Shown: in pieces, positions 24,830 to 37,586 of the stretch
How positions within the stretch are numbered: the first letter of the stretch is position 1
Layout of the letters: each line of letters opens with the position of its first letter
Assembly (NCBI GenBank): GCA_028534125.1
Contig: CM052816.1
Span: forward strand, 73,100,001 to 73,164,000
Direction: 5' to 3'
Source of the DNA: Lama glama
Taxonomy: Eukaryota
Length of the DNA: 64,000 nucleotides
Notes under the pieces: generated by a model
What the model was told of the DNA's origin: nothing
The model's database searches: none
What the model saw: only the letters and a program-made list of their open reading frames with translations
Translations under genes and position numbers: made by a program

Positions 24830-25265
24830 TGAACACAACAAGAAAGGTTTTGCCCAACAGGCCAGGAAGTTTGAAATATATTCAATAGCCAACCAGCAGT
24901 CATTGTATATTTTGGGGCAGAAAAGAGGTATTTTGAGAATGAACTTATGAAAAATTGCTCTGGCAGTAGTGTGTAGAAGTGGTAGGAGAATGAAGAACGT
25001 ATAGATATTTATTGCTTTAGTACAGGTTAGTGATAACAACTATCTGAAACTAGAACATGGTAATGACAACAAAAAGGGAGCAATTAACTAAAAATAAATT
25101 GTCAATAAATGTTAGTGATTAACTTGATATGAAAGGACAGATGTGAAAGAGTCAAAGATGAATTCTCATTTTTGTATCTGAAAAACTGGTAGACTGAAGG
25201 TATAAAATTGCTATGAAAAAAAAGATTGTGGAAGGTAAGATGATTATGATAATGTTGAAATAAAA
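24830..25265 (-). mobile_element. L2 fragment
   Basis: Purine-rich degenerate L2 text (ttgctctggcagtagtgtgtaga, gagtcaaagatga). Confidence 0.65.
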
Positions 25266-25339
25266 TTCTAGACTGAAGATGGAACTGCTCCTGTCCCAGG
25301 TGCCACTCAGCAAACTGAAATTTACGTAACGTTTGTGTT

Positions 25340-25570
25340 TCTGTAAATGCTCTGCTTGACCAGAAATGTAACATATCCAACCAGCAAATCCCCAAAAGCC
25401 AAGCCAGCTCTGAGCTCTACACTTACTTCTTTGTTCCTCAGTCATTTTCTGTTTCTCTCTTCCTTGTTCTTTATTCCTTCTCTATAAAAGCCTGCTGCCT
25501 TCCCCTCCATTTTGCAGTTCTCCCGACCCTTAAGAATAGAGACTGTCCACTTCAGGAAGTGTTAAAGGGC
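25340..25570 (+). mobile_element. Possible ERV LTR fragment
   Basis: ctataaaagcctgctgccttcccctccattttgcagttc resembles an LTR U3/R TATA region. Confidence 0.45.
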
Positions 25571-25811
25571 ATTTGTATCATCCACAATGTCTTCCTTAAT
25601 CATTTTTAACAAAATAAAACCACTAATACTTTGCTAGACATTTTACAGCTAAAAAGCACCAGAAATTTATACTGGGAAAATTAAACTTGAGAAACGATAC
25701 ACGTATTTCCAGAGTAAAAGTCATTCTACTCTTGTGTCACTAACTTATTTCACTGAAACTTAAGCCTGATTCTCTTGAAAGGTATTCTAAGAGGAATACA
25801 AATTTTCTGCT

Positions 25812-26152
25812 TGTCTTAATTAATTCAGGCTCTTATAACAAAAATGGACTTGGCATCTCAAGCAATAAGCGTTTATTTCTCACTGTTTTGGAGCCCGAGA
25901 AGTCCATGAGCAAGGAGCCAGCAGTTTTGTTGTCTAGTAAAGGCTTACTTCTTGACAGATGCACATCTTCTCACTGTGTCCTCCATGGTGGAAGGGGCAA
26001 GGGAGCTCTCTGGGATCTCTTTAATAAGGGCACTAATCCTATTCATGAGTGTTCCACCCTAATGACCGAATCATTGCCCAAAGGCCCTCCTTCCAAATAC
26101 TGTCACACTGGGGATTAAGTTTCACTTGTGAATTTTGCAGGGACATAAACCA
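25812..26152 (-). mobile_element. MaLR LTR (MLT1A-like)
   Basis: tttatttctcactgttttggag; ttttaataagggcactaatcctattcatgag; cccaaaggccc..cttccaaatac. Confidence 0.88.
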
Positions 26153-26564
26153 CTCTGGTTGTTTGGCTGGGGAGCAGATGTGCAGAACCCCTTATTCTGC
26201 CATTTAGGAGGTGGATTTCCTAAGTTAGTTTTTTTTTTTTTCTTTTTAGGCTACATAGCCTTAAAATCACCTATTTGTTTCTCACTAAAAATAGCTCAAG
26301 CAGGAGTAAAAACACAGGGTAATTTTCTTACTTCCATTTTCTTAGACTTCAGAAACACCTGACTTAAGAAGCAGCCTATCACAGCTGCGTCTTGCAAACG
26401 TTGCCAGTGGGTGAGGTACATGATTGCAGCCGGCTCAGTGTCACTGAGAAAGGCGTATTGAGAAGCCTGCTCACCACCCTTTTAAAAAGTCAATTATTAA
26501 ATCATTCCTTGATTTTTCTCCATGTTAATCAGTGTTTACTTTTATAATATTTCTGCAGAGGGTA

Positions 26565-27110
26565 GGTATCCGTTTGGATTCTATCCAGTAAATAGAAAAC
26601 TTCTAGGTATTTTGAGCAGAAAGAGTTTTAATGCAGAAAACTGGTACCTGGCGAAGGTTAGAGGGGCTGGAACAAAGGGGTCTCACTGAGATCTATAGCA
26701 CAGAAGGCCACAGAACAGACCACCAGAATGGCTACTACCATGTCCACACTCCAGAAGGGTCAGAAAGCTGAGGGAGGCAAAAGGAAGTTTTAGGTTCAAG
26801 AACACACTTCTCTGTTGCACACTGATGATCAAGAAATCAGGACTGAGAAGTTGCTGTACCACCACGGTGACTCTTTCCCAGCACCAAAGCTGGTGACTAG
26901 ACATAGAAATCTGTGGCAGAAAACAAAGACAAAACAGTTGTTTCTCCCTCTCATTGGTCACAGCAGGGAACAGCCAGCAGTAGAAGGAAGATGATGCTTG
27001 TCTCATTTCTATCTCCCAAATCTCACACAGGGCATTTAAGAGGCAGAATACAATCTTTATCTAGAATGCTAATGACAAGGAAATGGAATATGTAGACTTC
27101 AAGCCACACA
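26565..27110 (-). mobile_element. Old MaLR LTR (MLT1M/N-like)
   Basis: ctaggtattttgagcagaaagagttttaatgcag start; ctaatgacaaggaaatggaatatgtag near the other end. Confidence 0.5.
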
Positions 27111-27267
27111 ACACAAGAAGGTCCCCATGAAATGGGTAAAGAAAATAACTATTGGGTGCTAATGAATCATATCCAATACAAGGTTTCATTGTAAAACTTT
27201 AATCTTATTTATTTCCCAAGTGTTTCACTTCTCTTAAGTTGTTGAATGTAAATATTTCTCTCTCTTA

Positions 27268-27600
27268 AAACTCAATAGCTTAAAAAATCTAGTTAGAAAA
27301 TGGGCAAATTTTCACCAAAGCATTTCAAAAAGAGGATATACACATCGCAAATTGGCAAATGAAAAGATGATCCACATTATTACTCACTAGAGTAATACAA
27401 ATTAGAACTACTATGAGTTATGAGCAGATACTTAGGTGGAGAGTCAAAAAAAAAAAATAGTGAGAACACCAAGTGCTGGCATGGATGGGAAAAAACTAGA
27501 TAACTCATACCTGGCTAGTAGGTATGTGAAGTGGTACATTTGCTGTTGAAAAAAATAGTTGCAGCCAAATGCTCTTTGATATCTCCGTTTAAAATTGATG
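27268..27600 (+). mobile_element. Old L1M ORF2 3' fragment
   Basis: aaaatgggcaaa...aaagaggatataca...atgaaaagatg; accaagtgctggc. Confidence 0.8.
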
Positions 27601-28269
27601 TCTCCTGAAGCACAAATTTCATAAGGCAGATGGTATATAGTGAAATCCACTGGGTGGGGACCAACCTCGATTACCCCATCCATTGTAGGTTGTAACTTCT
27701 AGACTAGGAAATAGCACAAGCCACACCCACAGCTGCTCCTTGGAGCGCCTCTGTGCTCTGGTACAAGGATCTATGATAATGATGATGAAAATGTTTGCGA
27801 AGCGCTAATGACTAATTTACATGAGCAGAGAAATAAGGCTTGTGGGCAAAAGCGAGGTGTAAATGCCCAACTCCTTATGCTCAGAGAGGGTTAGATTATA
27901 AGTCTACAATTATGGCTATAAATGGCAACTTCATTGTTAAAATTCCTGTAAGAAATGTAATTTTTTTTTTCAGTTTGAAACTCCCTAGGCCATAACCTCC
28001 TTATTTCTCACTGAATTAATTGTTTGGACAGTACCCTGGAATACCATATTTTTGATGATAAAAGATGACTTCGAAATATTAAGTATTAGCTCTTTTGTTA
28101 ATTTGTAGAAAGGTAAAGCTTTTGAAACAATGGTGATCTTGAGTCATGTTGTAATTTCCTTTTCAGTGAATCAGAGATTGAATTTCCAAGTTGCAGAATC
28201 ATTTTAGAAAATGAGACATTGCCCAGGTGGGTGACAGGGTCCATGGGAGGCCACCTGGGGAAAAGGAAG

Positions 28270-28400
28270 CCAGCATTTACTAAGTGCCTGCTCTTTGCCA
28301 GGAGTTGTTCACACTCACATTTTTAATTCTCTCCAAACCTCCCCAGGTTAAGTGGAATTTTCCCTTTATCACACTACCAGCAAATTGAGACACAGATTTT
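28270..28400 (-). mobile_element. MIR fragment
   Basis: agcatttactaagtgcctgctctttgccagg. Confidence 0.6.
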
Positions 28401-29060
28401 AACAGTTGAATTGCAACTTTTTCCCCTAATATTAGACCCTCTGTTTACAAATTCTTAGTATGAGAAATTATTTGTGATCCAATATGCAAGAATGCCTTGA
28501 CAACTTATTTCTGTCTGGTTATAATTACAAAAGTTATTGACTTTTAAATACTAATAATATCACCACTATCAAGTGTTTATACTTCCAAGGATAAGAGGTT
28601 CTTATTCATCTAAACCAGGCTAAGACATTAGACCATGAAGTATGAAGACGGGTGAGAATGGAGACTCAAACACAAGGTTGCTTTTATTTTGGTTTAATAC
28701 AGACCTGAACAATGCAAAGAAATCAGCCAGATAATGATAAAGAGTGGAATCATTTCCCCAATGCTTAACTAGTTGCTAGTTACCTAGATGCTAGCTCCTT
28801 GCAAAGTTCATTCAAATTTCAGTGATCAATGTTACCTATATAGGGTAAGTATCCTGCTAGGTCAGAGTTACTCAGATCTCTGGGTTCCCTGCTTTTTATC
28901 CATGAGTTTGGCTGGAAAGACCACATCCCCATTCAAGACTTTGCTTACTCATAGAAGTCACACTGATTCCTTGCTCTACTTCTTACTGTGTCCTTGGGTA
29001 ATAGCAGGTGTGGCCATGACAAAACTTGGAGATGATTACTTCTCCTTCAGGATACAAAAG

Positions 29061-29620
29061 TGTGACTACTTTAAATCATTCCTTCCTCTAAATTCTTTAC
29101 ATTCTTTCCATCTAGAGGTAAAATCTATGTCCCCTCTTCTTGTATCTCAGAGGGACTGAAAATGCTTCCTCAAACACAGTCCAGTGTAAGCAGGATGGGT
29201 TATAAAGGATGCTGCAACTCCTATCACGTTGACTGAAACACTTGTATTTGGAGCCTGGTGTCACTCCATAAGACGTCTGAATAAATCCCTTGAGGCCACC
29301 GTGCCATGAAGAAGCCAAGACACATGGCAAAGCCTCGTGTAAATTATGCCAATTGGCAATGCTAGTCTTCACGTCCTTACAGGACAGCAGCAGACACGCT
29401 TGTAAGGAATAAACCTCAGATAATTCTAGCCTTTGTCTCTTAAGTCATCCCAGCTTTCAGCTCTTCTCATTTGAGATCCAGACACCATCAGTTAGAATCT
29501 ATCAGTTCTTTCCGTATCCTGTCCAAATTCTTGACTCCAGAATTCTTGTATATAATGAAATGGTTGTTTTAAGCCACTAAGTTCTGGCTGCTCTGTAATA
29601 CAGCCGTAATAACTGGAACA
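29061..29620 (+). mobile_element. MaLR LTR (MLT1G/H-like)
   Basis: ccaaattcttgactccagaat...ttgttttaagccactaagtt...taataactggaaca terminus. Confidence 0.82.
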
Positions 29621-29901
29621 AATGGTTAGACACCAAAGATTTTTTTCATTTCTGCTGTGTGGAATGTATGGAACCTAAAGCTTACTTAAGGGAGTAGATT
29701 CCTGTCTTTAAATATCATTGTTTATTATCCCGTGCCGTACCAACTTCCCTGGCTTACAGAGGATTTTTTTTTTTCTGTGATAAATATAATTCAAGTATTT
29801 CTGAGAATCTTGTATAAAAAGATATGTTAGCAAAAGTGCTATCAAAAAATAAACCACAAGAATACATAAATAATATCTATATTATATAATATAATTTGAG
29901 G

Positions 29902-30401
29902 TAGTATTAGCTAGGATTAGCTTTTGCCACTTGTAACAGAAAACTGAAATTAATAATGACTAAAATGTGTAAGAGTTTTATTCTGGAACCTGACAGTCTA
30001 GGGCTCTGGGGTCAGACAACGTACCTTAATTTGAGCAGTGTTTTATTAGTAACACACAAGCTTTTTCCAACTTCTAATGCTCCATTCCTAGAGGGTGGCC
30101 CTCTTCTTCATGATTCAGCATGGCTGCTGTTGCTCCAGTTATTACTTCTACATTCCAGTCAGCAAAAATTACAAAAGGGAAAGAGCAGGATAAGCTACCT
30201 ATTTAGCGCACTTTCAGGAAGTTGAACATCCTATTTTTACTTTCGTATCTGTCAGAAATCATAAGGTCACACTTAGCTGCAAAGATATCTGGGAAATGAA
30301 GCATATCTGGGGAAGCAATGTGCCCAGTTAACATTCAGAGGTTCTGTTCTAAGGACAAAGTGGAGAATGGATGTGTGCTACCACTAGGATTCTCTTCCTA
30401 C
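29902..30401 (-). mobile_element. MaLR LTR (MLT1J-like)
   Basis: ttgtaacagaaaactg...; cacttagctgcaaagatatctgggaaatg. Confidence 0.7.
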
Positions 30402-32811
30402 ATCGAGGCAGCATGGAAAAACTTCTCAACTGAGTACTTGTTTCAAAGAAAAGCAGGGACACTAACATGTATGAAAGAAACACCTTCCTGACCTACTGTG
30501 CATCGGAGGCTAAACTGCTGGCCTGGCCTGTGATGTAGCAATCATTGGCCTTGTTTCATAGAACAGCAACTGATTCACCAAACTTAAAACACGTGCCCGA
30601 GTTTATATTGCTAATAAGTAGCAGAAAAATAGCTCAAATTGAGGACGCCTTTCTGACCTCAACATCCATTCTTTACTTCCTCAAGAGAGGAGAATCCTGG
30701 AGAGAGAGAGATGGTCAGTGGCCTTTGCAGCAGGATCCTATGTCTTGCTTGTTATCAGCTCCTGACCACTCACAGTGATGACTGGTGATGATGACAATGG
30801 CTTTTTTTGAGCACTACATGCAGGCACTCCTTTAAGTGCTAAACAGTTTATTAATTCATTAGTGTAGACGCTACCGATTCCTTTTTTCTTACTAAATAGC
30901 ATGTTTTACTTTCATTTAAAAAGAAATAACAACCTTTCAAATGATGTTTCATGAGTTATTTCTGAGGAATCGGACTGTGATTTTGTTCAACTATTCAAAG
31001 TGATTGTTAAAGAGTCCCTTTTCAGTGATGCAGTGACTTCCTTGGCCCTGCACACCAGTATACTCTAAGTAATTCATCTTGATTTAATTGAAGAAAAAGT
31101 TTTTGTATTTTTAGTTGTTATAGTTCATCTGGAGAATCTAGAGTACTCTTTATCCAGCCTGTTATATTGAAAAATAATTCAAATGTCAAATATTAACGTT
31201 GTTAGAAGTTCTGTGACGTTTTCAACCTTCTGTGATGTAATTTGGAAACAGCTATTTCTAATACGTTACACGTAGTTGTCCATAGGTTTATTCTTCATTA
31301 ATAATAAGCCACTGTGCATGCCTGGGAAATTGTTGAAAACTAGTGTTACCTAATGACTTTGGAACTTATAAAATTATTGTCCTTTTAAAGCATTATTGCC
31401 CTTGAAATCCATGAAGCCTGCAATAATAGTTCTAAGAAAATCTGGAGTCACCAGAGAAACACCACTGTGGAATAACAGCATAAACAAAATAAGATCAATA
31501 AGGCACCACTCCAGCGGGGTGCGGGAAGAGGGACGGTCACAACAAAGATTCAAAGAAACTTGAAAACAGTTTGCCTGAGGGAAGCATACTAGTACTAATT
31601 GCTTTGAAATGTAAAACAGGCTCTAGATTAATCACTTTGTTGGTTTCTTTAATTTCCGACTTACTTCAAGTAAATGCAAGTTTAAGTAGCGGCATTATTT
31701 CATGGCAAGAAACAACGAATTTTTCACTGGTGTTGACACAGGTCTCAAGAGCAGTAAAGTTGAGGCTATTTAATCCCTTCATCAGCTCTCTCTACAGAAA
31801 ATCTTCGGCCATGGGTCTCAGTTTCTCAAGGAAAGATGTAAATTAAAAATTGAAAATGGAGGGGGGAATAGAAAAATAATAATAATAAAAATAAAGTACA
31901 ATAAAATAAAAATCCATCAGGATGCTATTAAATGATTATTAATTATCAATATTTATTGTACATAAAAATATTGAGCCAAATATGTTTCTATTTTTCCAGC
32001 TGTTAAGGCTAAACCCCAAAACTTTCCCAGTACGTGGTAAAGAGCTGTGTGTTGCTAAAATGCATGCTATACTATAGGCTTTGACTCAATTTCAGTAAGC
32101 TATAAAATCCTGAGTCTGAATTGTCATAAAAAACTGTAGTGAAGTGGCTGTCTTCTACCAAAATGTCCTAATCTGCTATATTCTCTAAGTGGTGATTATT
32201 TTTCAAATCAAAGTAGTCATAAGTCAATGAGACATAAAGAAATTTCCAATCTTTTAAATTAGAATACATTTGAAATACCTAGCTGCTAGCACCATACGAG
32301 TGGTTTTATTTATAACCTACGTTGGATAGTTCTGGTACAAGAATGAAGATTTTAGGTATTTCCATACCATGTGTAGAAGCCTGACTTGAATTCCATAAAT
32401 AATCAATTGTATTCTTAGTTCCAAAAATTTTAAGCATCATTCTATACATCACTGTTTATTAGACTGAGGCTAGCATCCAATAATTTGATGTGTTCTAAAT
32501 TTTTTGACTATTTAACATTTCTTTAAATTAAAGGGGAAGTGAATTCCCTATGATCTTAATATCACCCACATAAATTGCTTCAGGCTATGAAAAAGAATTT
32601 AAAATTATAATTTAATAGTCATGGAATGAGGCCCAGTGACAAGGAATGGGTTTGAAGCTGGTCTGCTGTCTGCTTGGTCTCCACTCCTTTCATTTCATTA
32701 TATGGTCTTGAAGATCAGCTGCGTGGCTGCCAATAGTCCAAGACTAAACACATTTCTTGGCCAGCTATTCAGGGTAAAAGACTAGAAGAGGAATATGTAT
32801 AAAGAATGTGA

Positions 32812-32921
32812 AAAAATAAGAAAATGAGTATATGTATGTGTATGAATGACTGAGACGTTATGCTGTACACCAGAAATTGACACATTGCAATTGACTCTAC
32901 TTCAATTAAAAAAAAAGAAAG
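32812..32921 (+). mobile_element. Very short (110 bp) 5'-truncated L1 3' end
   Basis: atgctgtacaccagaaattgacacattg...cttcaattaaaaa; perfect 11-bp TSD aaagaatgtga at 32801-32811 and 32922-32932. Confidence 0.9.
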
Positions 32922-34883
32922 AAAGAATGTGAGTGTGATGGATTTAGTAAGAGAATTGCTGAGGTCATTAAGTTTGAAATCTGAATGGTTGAATATGGGA
33001 CACAGGCAATTTCCAAGCATGATCATTTTACTTCCATTTTAATTTGCCTGGACAGGATATTCAATATCTAAGCAATTAGTACTGTAAAACACATCACAAT
33101 CTAAAAATGAAAGTTAGATTATTTTACCTTTCTTTGAGATTTCTTTTCCCACTTTAGTAGATTTATTTTTAGCTGATCTGGACATCTGTGACATCTTCCA
33201 TTATTAACAATATTGATTTATTTGAAGAAGGAAGCTTTTTAAAACTGAGAAGCTTATACTTGTTAAGCTTCGTTTATTATTCTTTAGAAGAAAAGCTAAT
33301 CGTAAATCATATGGAAACTAATTATGACATTGTTCAATAGTATTTTAAGTCAAGAAGATATTCAAAGTTTTCTTAAATTGACATGTGGCAATTTTCTGAC
33401 TTTTTTAAAAAAAGTGGTATGTTTATAATTTACATACTATACCCTACATTAGCTTATATATTACACTATATACCATGATAGTTTATATACCATATCATAC
33501 ATGCCTCAGCAGATGTTTATTCAGACTACAAGTGGAAGCCCATGGAACTGCTGCAGTTTGGTAAACTAGATATAAAACTAATGTTCATTAGAGAGTTGAG
33601 GAAGAAATAGCACGCCTTGATGTAGTGATCATTTGCCTCTCTTAGGAGCCAGATATATTTTAAAAGTTTGACCAAAAAAGAAAGAGCAATTCTGTCTTAC
33701 AAAAACAAACAAACAACAACAAAAAAAACCCAGTGAATAGGATGCTTAAAGGGAATAGAAGTTTCAAATCTTATTAAAAATATATATAACCCAGATTAAA
33801 AACTGGCATCTAGTCAATAAAGATACACATTACCAAATAGCTTTGGTGGCATTTTAGAACACACCTCTAGTAAGATTTTTGAATCAGTTATTAACTTTTG
33901 TTTGTTCTGTATGCTGTTTGTTCTGTTTTGAAACTACTCTGGCCAATTAAGGCATGGGGGTAAAGACACACTTGGACTACATAACCAGTGACTGCCTGTC
34001 AAAATGCAAAGGATGGATCCCCTGCTAGAGCACAGCTTGGGAACCTTCCATTGCTTGACTCACCCACATACAGACACACGTGAGTGTTACTTTTCTACTA
34101 AAAGAGAGTAGAAAAGTACTAGTTAGATAGTCTTTCTTTTATTGCTCTTATCATACACATTAAGTGGGTGGTTCAATGACCTATATCTTGTACACATGTC
34201 TTCAAGAAATACAAGTAAATGAACAAATCAACTAATACACAACAGAGGATGATAAATGATGACAATTGTAGGCAACTCAAGAGCATGTGTCCAGGGCAAG
34301 CAGTCAGTCATTTCTCAGCTCCAGCTAATGCCATTATGAGCCCTGTATAGTAAAATCATCCTTCTTTCTCTCCTCCTTCTTCCTCCCCTCCCCCTTGTTT
34401 CTCTTCTTCCTTCTTCTTATCCAGAAGTTCAATTTTTATGTGTAACCTCTCTATTTTGAAAACAACCTAAGCAGAACGCATAATAAACAAAACATATACA
34501 GAGATGGCTATTGCCAACAGGCCACCAGTCAAATCTAACCTTATTTTACAAATGAGAAAAATAAATCCCCATAAAATTAAATATAGACACTGAAGTGGTG
34601 AAGCCGAGAGTAGAATTCTGGATTCCCCATGTCCAGGCTGCTCAGTTCTCTAACTCTGCTTCTACTTGTAGCTTTATTTGTCATGAGAGGAAGTGCATCA
34701 CGTTTCTCATTAATCAAAAGTAACTTAAAGCTATTCTAGTACATTGTTTTCATAATCAATCTGTGTTTTTCATGAACTGTATCTTGCTAGGGAAATACAA
34801 AAATCCAAATCTCCTCTCAACCCAGAAAACTTATCCACAAAGGTAGAAGAAAAAGTAAATTTGTTATTAAATAAAAGTAAGTA

Positions 34884-35550
34884 AGTAGGATTGCTGGATC
34901 ATATGGTATGTCTATTTTTAGTTTTTGGAAGAATCTCACATATATCCAGAGGAAACTCTAATAAAAAAAGATACATGTACCCCAGTGTTCACAGCAGCAC
35001 TATATACAATAGACAAGACATGGAAGCAACCTAAATGTCCATCAACATATGACTGGATAAAGAAGTTGTGGTATATTTATACAATGAAATTCTACTCAAT
35101 CATAAAAAAGAATAAAATAATGCCACTTGCAGCAACATGGATGGACCTGGAGATTGTCATTATAAGTGAAGTAAGCCAGAAAGAGAAAAAAGATCACCAT
35201 ATGATATCACTCATATGTGTAATCTTAAAAAAAGAAAAAAGAGGACTCTAATGAACTCATCTAAAAATAGAAACAGACTGGCAGACATAGTAAATAATTT
35301 TATGTTTACAGGGGGAAAGAGAGTGAGAAGGGATAAATTTGGGATTTGCAAATGCTAACCACTACATATAAAAATAGATAAAAAACAAATTTCTTCTGTA
35401 CAGTACAGGGAACTACATTCAATACCTTATAATAACCTTTAATTAAAAAGAATATGAAAATGAATATATGTATATATATGCATGACTGGGACACTGTGCT
35501 GTATACCAGAAATTGACACATTGTAACTGATTCCAACTTCAATTTAAAAA
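34884..35550 (+). mobile_element. L1 3' end with a short (~55 bp) inverted 5' segment
   Basis: 34884-34938 is reverse L1 (ataccatatgatccagcaatcctac); from 34939 forward ORF2 C-terminus (DTCTPVFTAALYTI..TWKQPKCPS..WIKKLWYIYT) then 3' UTR and A tail. Confidence 0.93.
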
Positions 35551-35699
35551 GAAAGGAAAAACAATGATGGTAAAAAACAATTAAACAAGATTGCTATAGG
35601 CATCACAAGCAAGCTGCTCAGAGACTGTAAGACAGAGAAATCTCACCCTTTTACATAACCAAGCAGATACACCCTCTTATATTCATATTCTTAGGATAA

Positions 35700-35966
35700 A
35701 CAATAACTAGTCATTAAGGAAGAGGACTTGGCAGCACCTTATGTTACACGTCCATCCTAAATTCACGTGGTCACTGGGGTGACTGTGTTAGCTTATCCTT
35801 TAACTCCAGGGGAGTTGCCCTAAATGATACCATGTGAAGCAGAGGCGCCATCCCCACGGGGCCCTTGCTCAACTTTCTGGCCCACAGAATCACAAGTAAT
35901 AAAATAGTTATTTTTATCCACTAAGTCTTGAGGTCATTCATTATGTGGGAAGAACTCACTGAAACA
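35700..35966 (+). mobile_element. MaLR LTR 3' fragment (MLT1H/I-like)
   Basis: ctggcccacagaatc...ccactaagt...ctgaaaca terminus. Confidence 0.6.
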
Positions 35967-36049
35967 GTCATGTGCACACAGTATGAAATAGAGATGAGTT
36001 GGCAATCGGCTAATGAATTGGATTTCAATGGACTACCACCAGCAATCAC

Positions 36050-36290
36050 ATATGTTGATATTATAGAGAATTTCCTGTTTACAAGACACTTTAATGCATA
36101 TTTTACATGTGTTATTTCAGAATTCCTAATAAACCCAAAGAAGAGATACTATCATTTTAGTCATTATATAGCTAAGAAACCTGAGGCATAAAGAGGGAAA
36201 ATCATTTGCACAGAGACACAATAAGTCAGAGAACAGGGATTTGATCACAAGGAGTATAACCCAAAGCTTGTGAGCTTACCCACTATGTTT
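36050..36290 (-). mobile_element. MIR SINE
   Basis: ttacatgtgttatttca...aagaaacctgaggcataaagagg...agggatttga. Confidence 0.75.
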
Positions 36291-36379
36291 TTTCAAACAA
36301 AATTATTTAGTTTTAAAAATCCAGGCACTGAGTTACTTCTATTATGTAAGCATACTGGCTCTATTTGCCAAATAAAGTA

Positions 36380-36720
36380 TTTATTTGTTCATTCAACAAA
36401 CATTTGCGGACCAATTTTATACAAGGCATCATTCCAAGTGCTAGAGATAGAAAATGAAAAAGACCAAATTCCTCTACCATGAAATTTTCATTTTAGTGAA
36501 TATAAACAGGCAACAAACAAGTATATACCAAGCCAAACAGTGTGAAGTGCCACGGAGCTAGATCAAGCAGGATGGTGGACCGTGGAACGTGGGGGGTGCA
36601 CTGGGGATGCTATTTCAAATGGGATGGTCAGGAAGGAAGGCTCCTTTACTACAGATACTTTAAGAAGAGACAGAAGTAGAACAAAGGTCCCAGTGGCTGG
36701 AGCAGAGTGAGTGATGTGGA
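36380..36720 (-). mobile_element. L2 3' region
   Basis: ttcattcaacaaacattt start; cagtggctggagcagagtgag. Confidence 0.8.
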
Positions 36721-36730
36721 CATTGGGAGG

Positions 36731-37330
36731 TGTGCTATGCAGAATTCTAAGATGATCCCCCAAATCTCAGCACCCCAGTGTTACACCCAGGATAGTCCCC
36801 TCCCTTCAGTAAAAGAACATAGCAAAAGACTAAGCAAAGGAAAGGCACATCACTCTTTTGATTAGGCTATGCTCTACAGTGAAGATGATGAGATTTCTCT
36901 CCCATGATTAGGTGACAGTGTGTAAGATTTCACCATGGTAGACTGGAGTGAGAGACCCGCCCCTCTCTGGCTTTGAAGAAGTAGGGTATCATGTGTTAAA
37001 GGACCACATGGAAAGGGACTGTGGGCAGCCTCTGAGAGCTGAGAATGGCTCTCAGTCTACAGCCAGTAAGAAAATAGGGAACTCAGTCCTATAAGCACAA
37101 TGAGGTGAATTCTGCCATTAACCCTAGAGAACCTAGAAGTGAGTCTCCCCCAGACAAGCCTCCAGATTTTGAGAACACAGCCTGGCTGACACCCTGATTG
37201 CAGCCTTGCGGCGAAGGACTCAGTTAAGCTGTGCTCAGACTCTTTACCCACAAAAACTGAGATATTACATGTGCAATTTTAAGCTACTAAATTTGTGGTA
37301 ACTTGTTATGCAAAATTAGAAAATTAATAT
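36731..37330 (+). mobile_element. MaLR LTR (MLT1E-like)
   Basis: tgtgctatgcagaattctaagatg start; gagaacacagcctggctgacaccctgattgcagcctt; ttttaagctactaaatttgtggtaacttgttatgca. Confidence 0.88.
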
Positions 37331-37409
37331 CAGAGGAAAAGAGATTGCTGTGGTAATATGTGGGCTGGGGTGAGAGTGGGGGCCTGCCAGCTCCCTGAAC
37401 ACCTGTAAG

Positions 37410-37586
37410 TCATAGTAAAATCTCTGTGATGAAACTGTTGTTGTGACTGGTCATAGTATTGTGCTACAATTATGCAACATGTCACCATTGGGGGAAAACA
37501 GGTGATGTGTATAAAAAAACCTCTTGTAGTGTTTCCTACACCTGCATGTGAACCTAAAATTATCTCAAAACAAAAAGTTTTTAAAA
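37410..37586 (+). mobile_element. L1MC/MD-like 3' end
   Basis: atgtcaccattgggggaaa...ctgcatgtgaacctaaaattatctcaaaa. Confidence 0.8.

Noticed and set aside
28788..29159. 123-aa ORF, the longest gap-free one
   Set aside because: Runs into an MLT1 LTR, composition unremarkable, no recognisable homology.
31505..31525. CTCF-like ccagcggggtgcgg
   Set aside because: Mismatches at core positions; too weak without data.
34925..35251. 108-aa ORF as a host gene
   Set aside because: L1 ORF2 C-terminus inside a truncated element.
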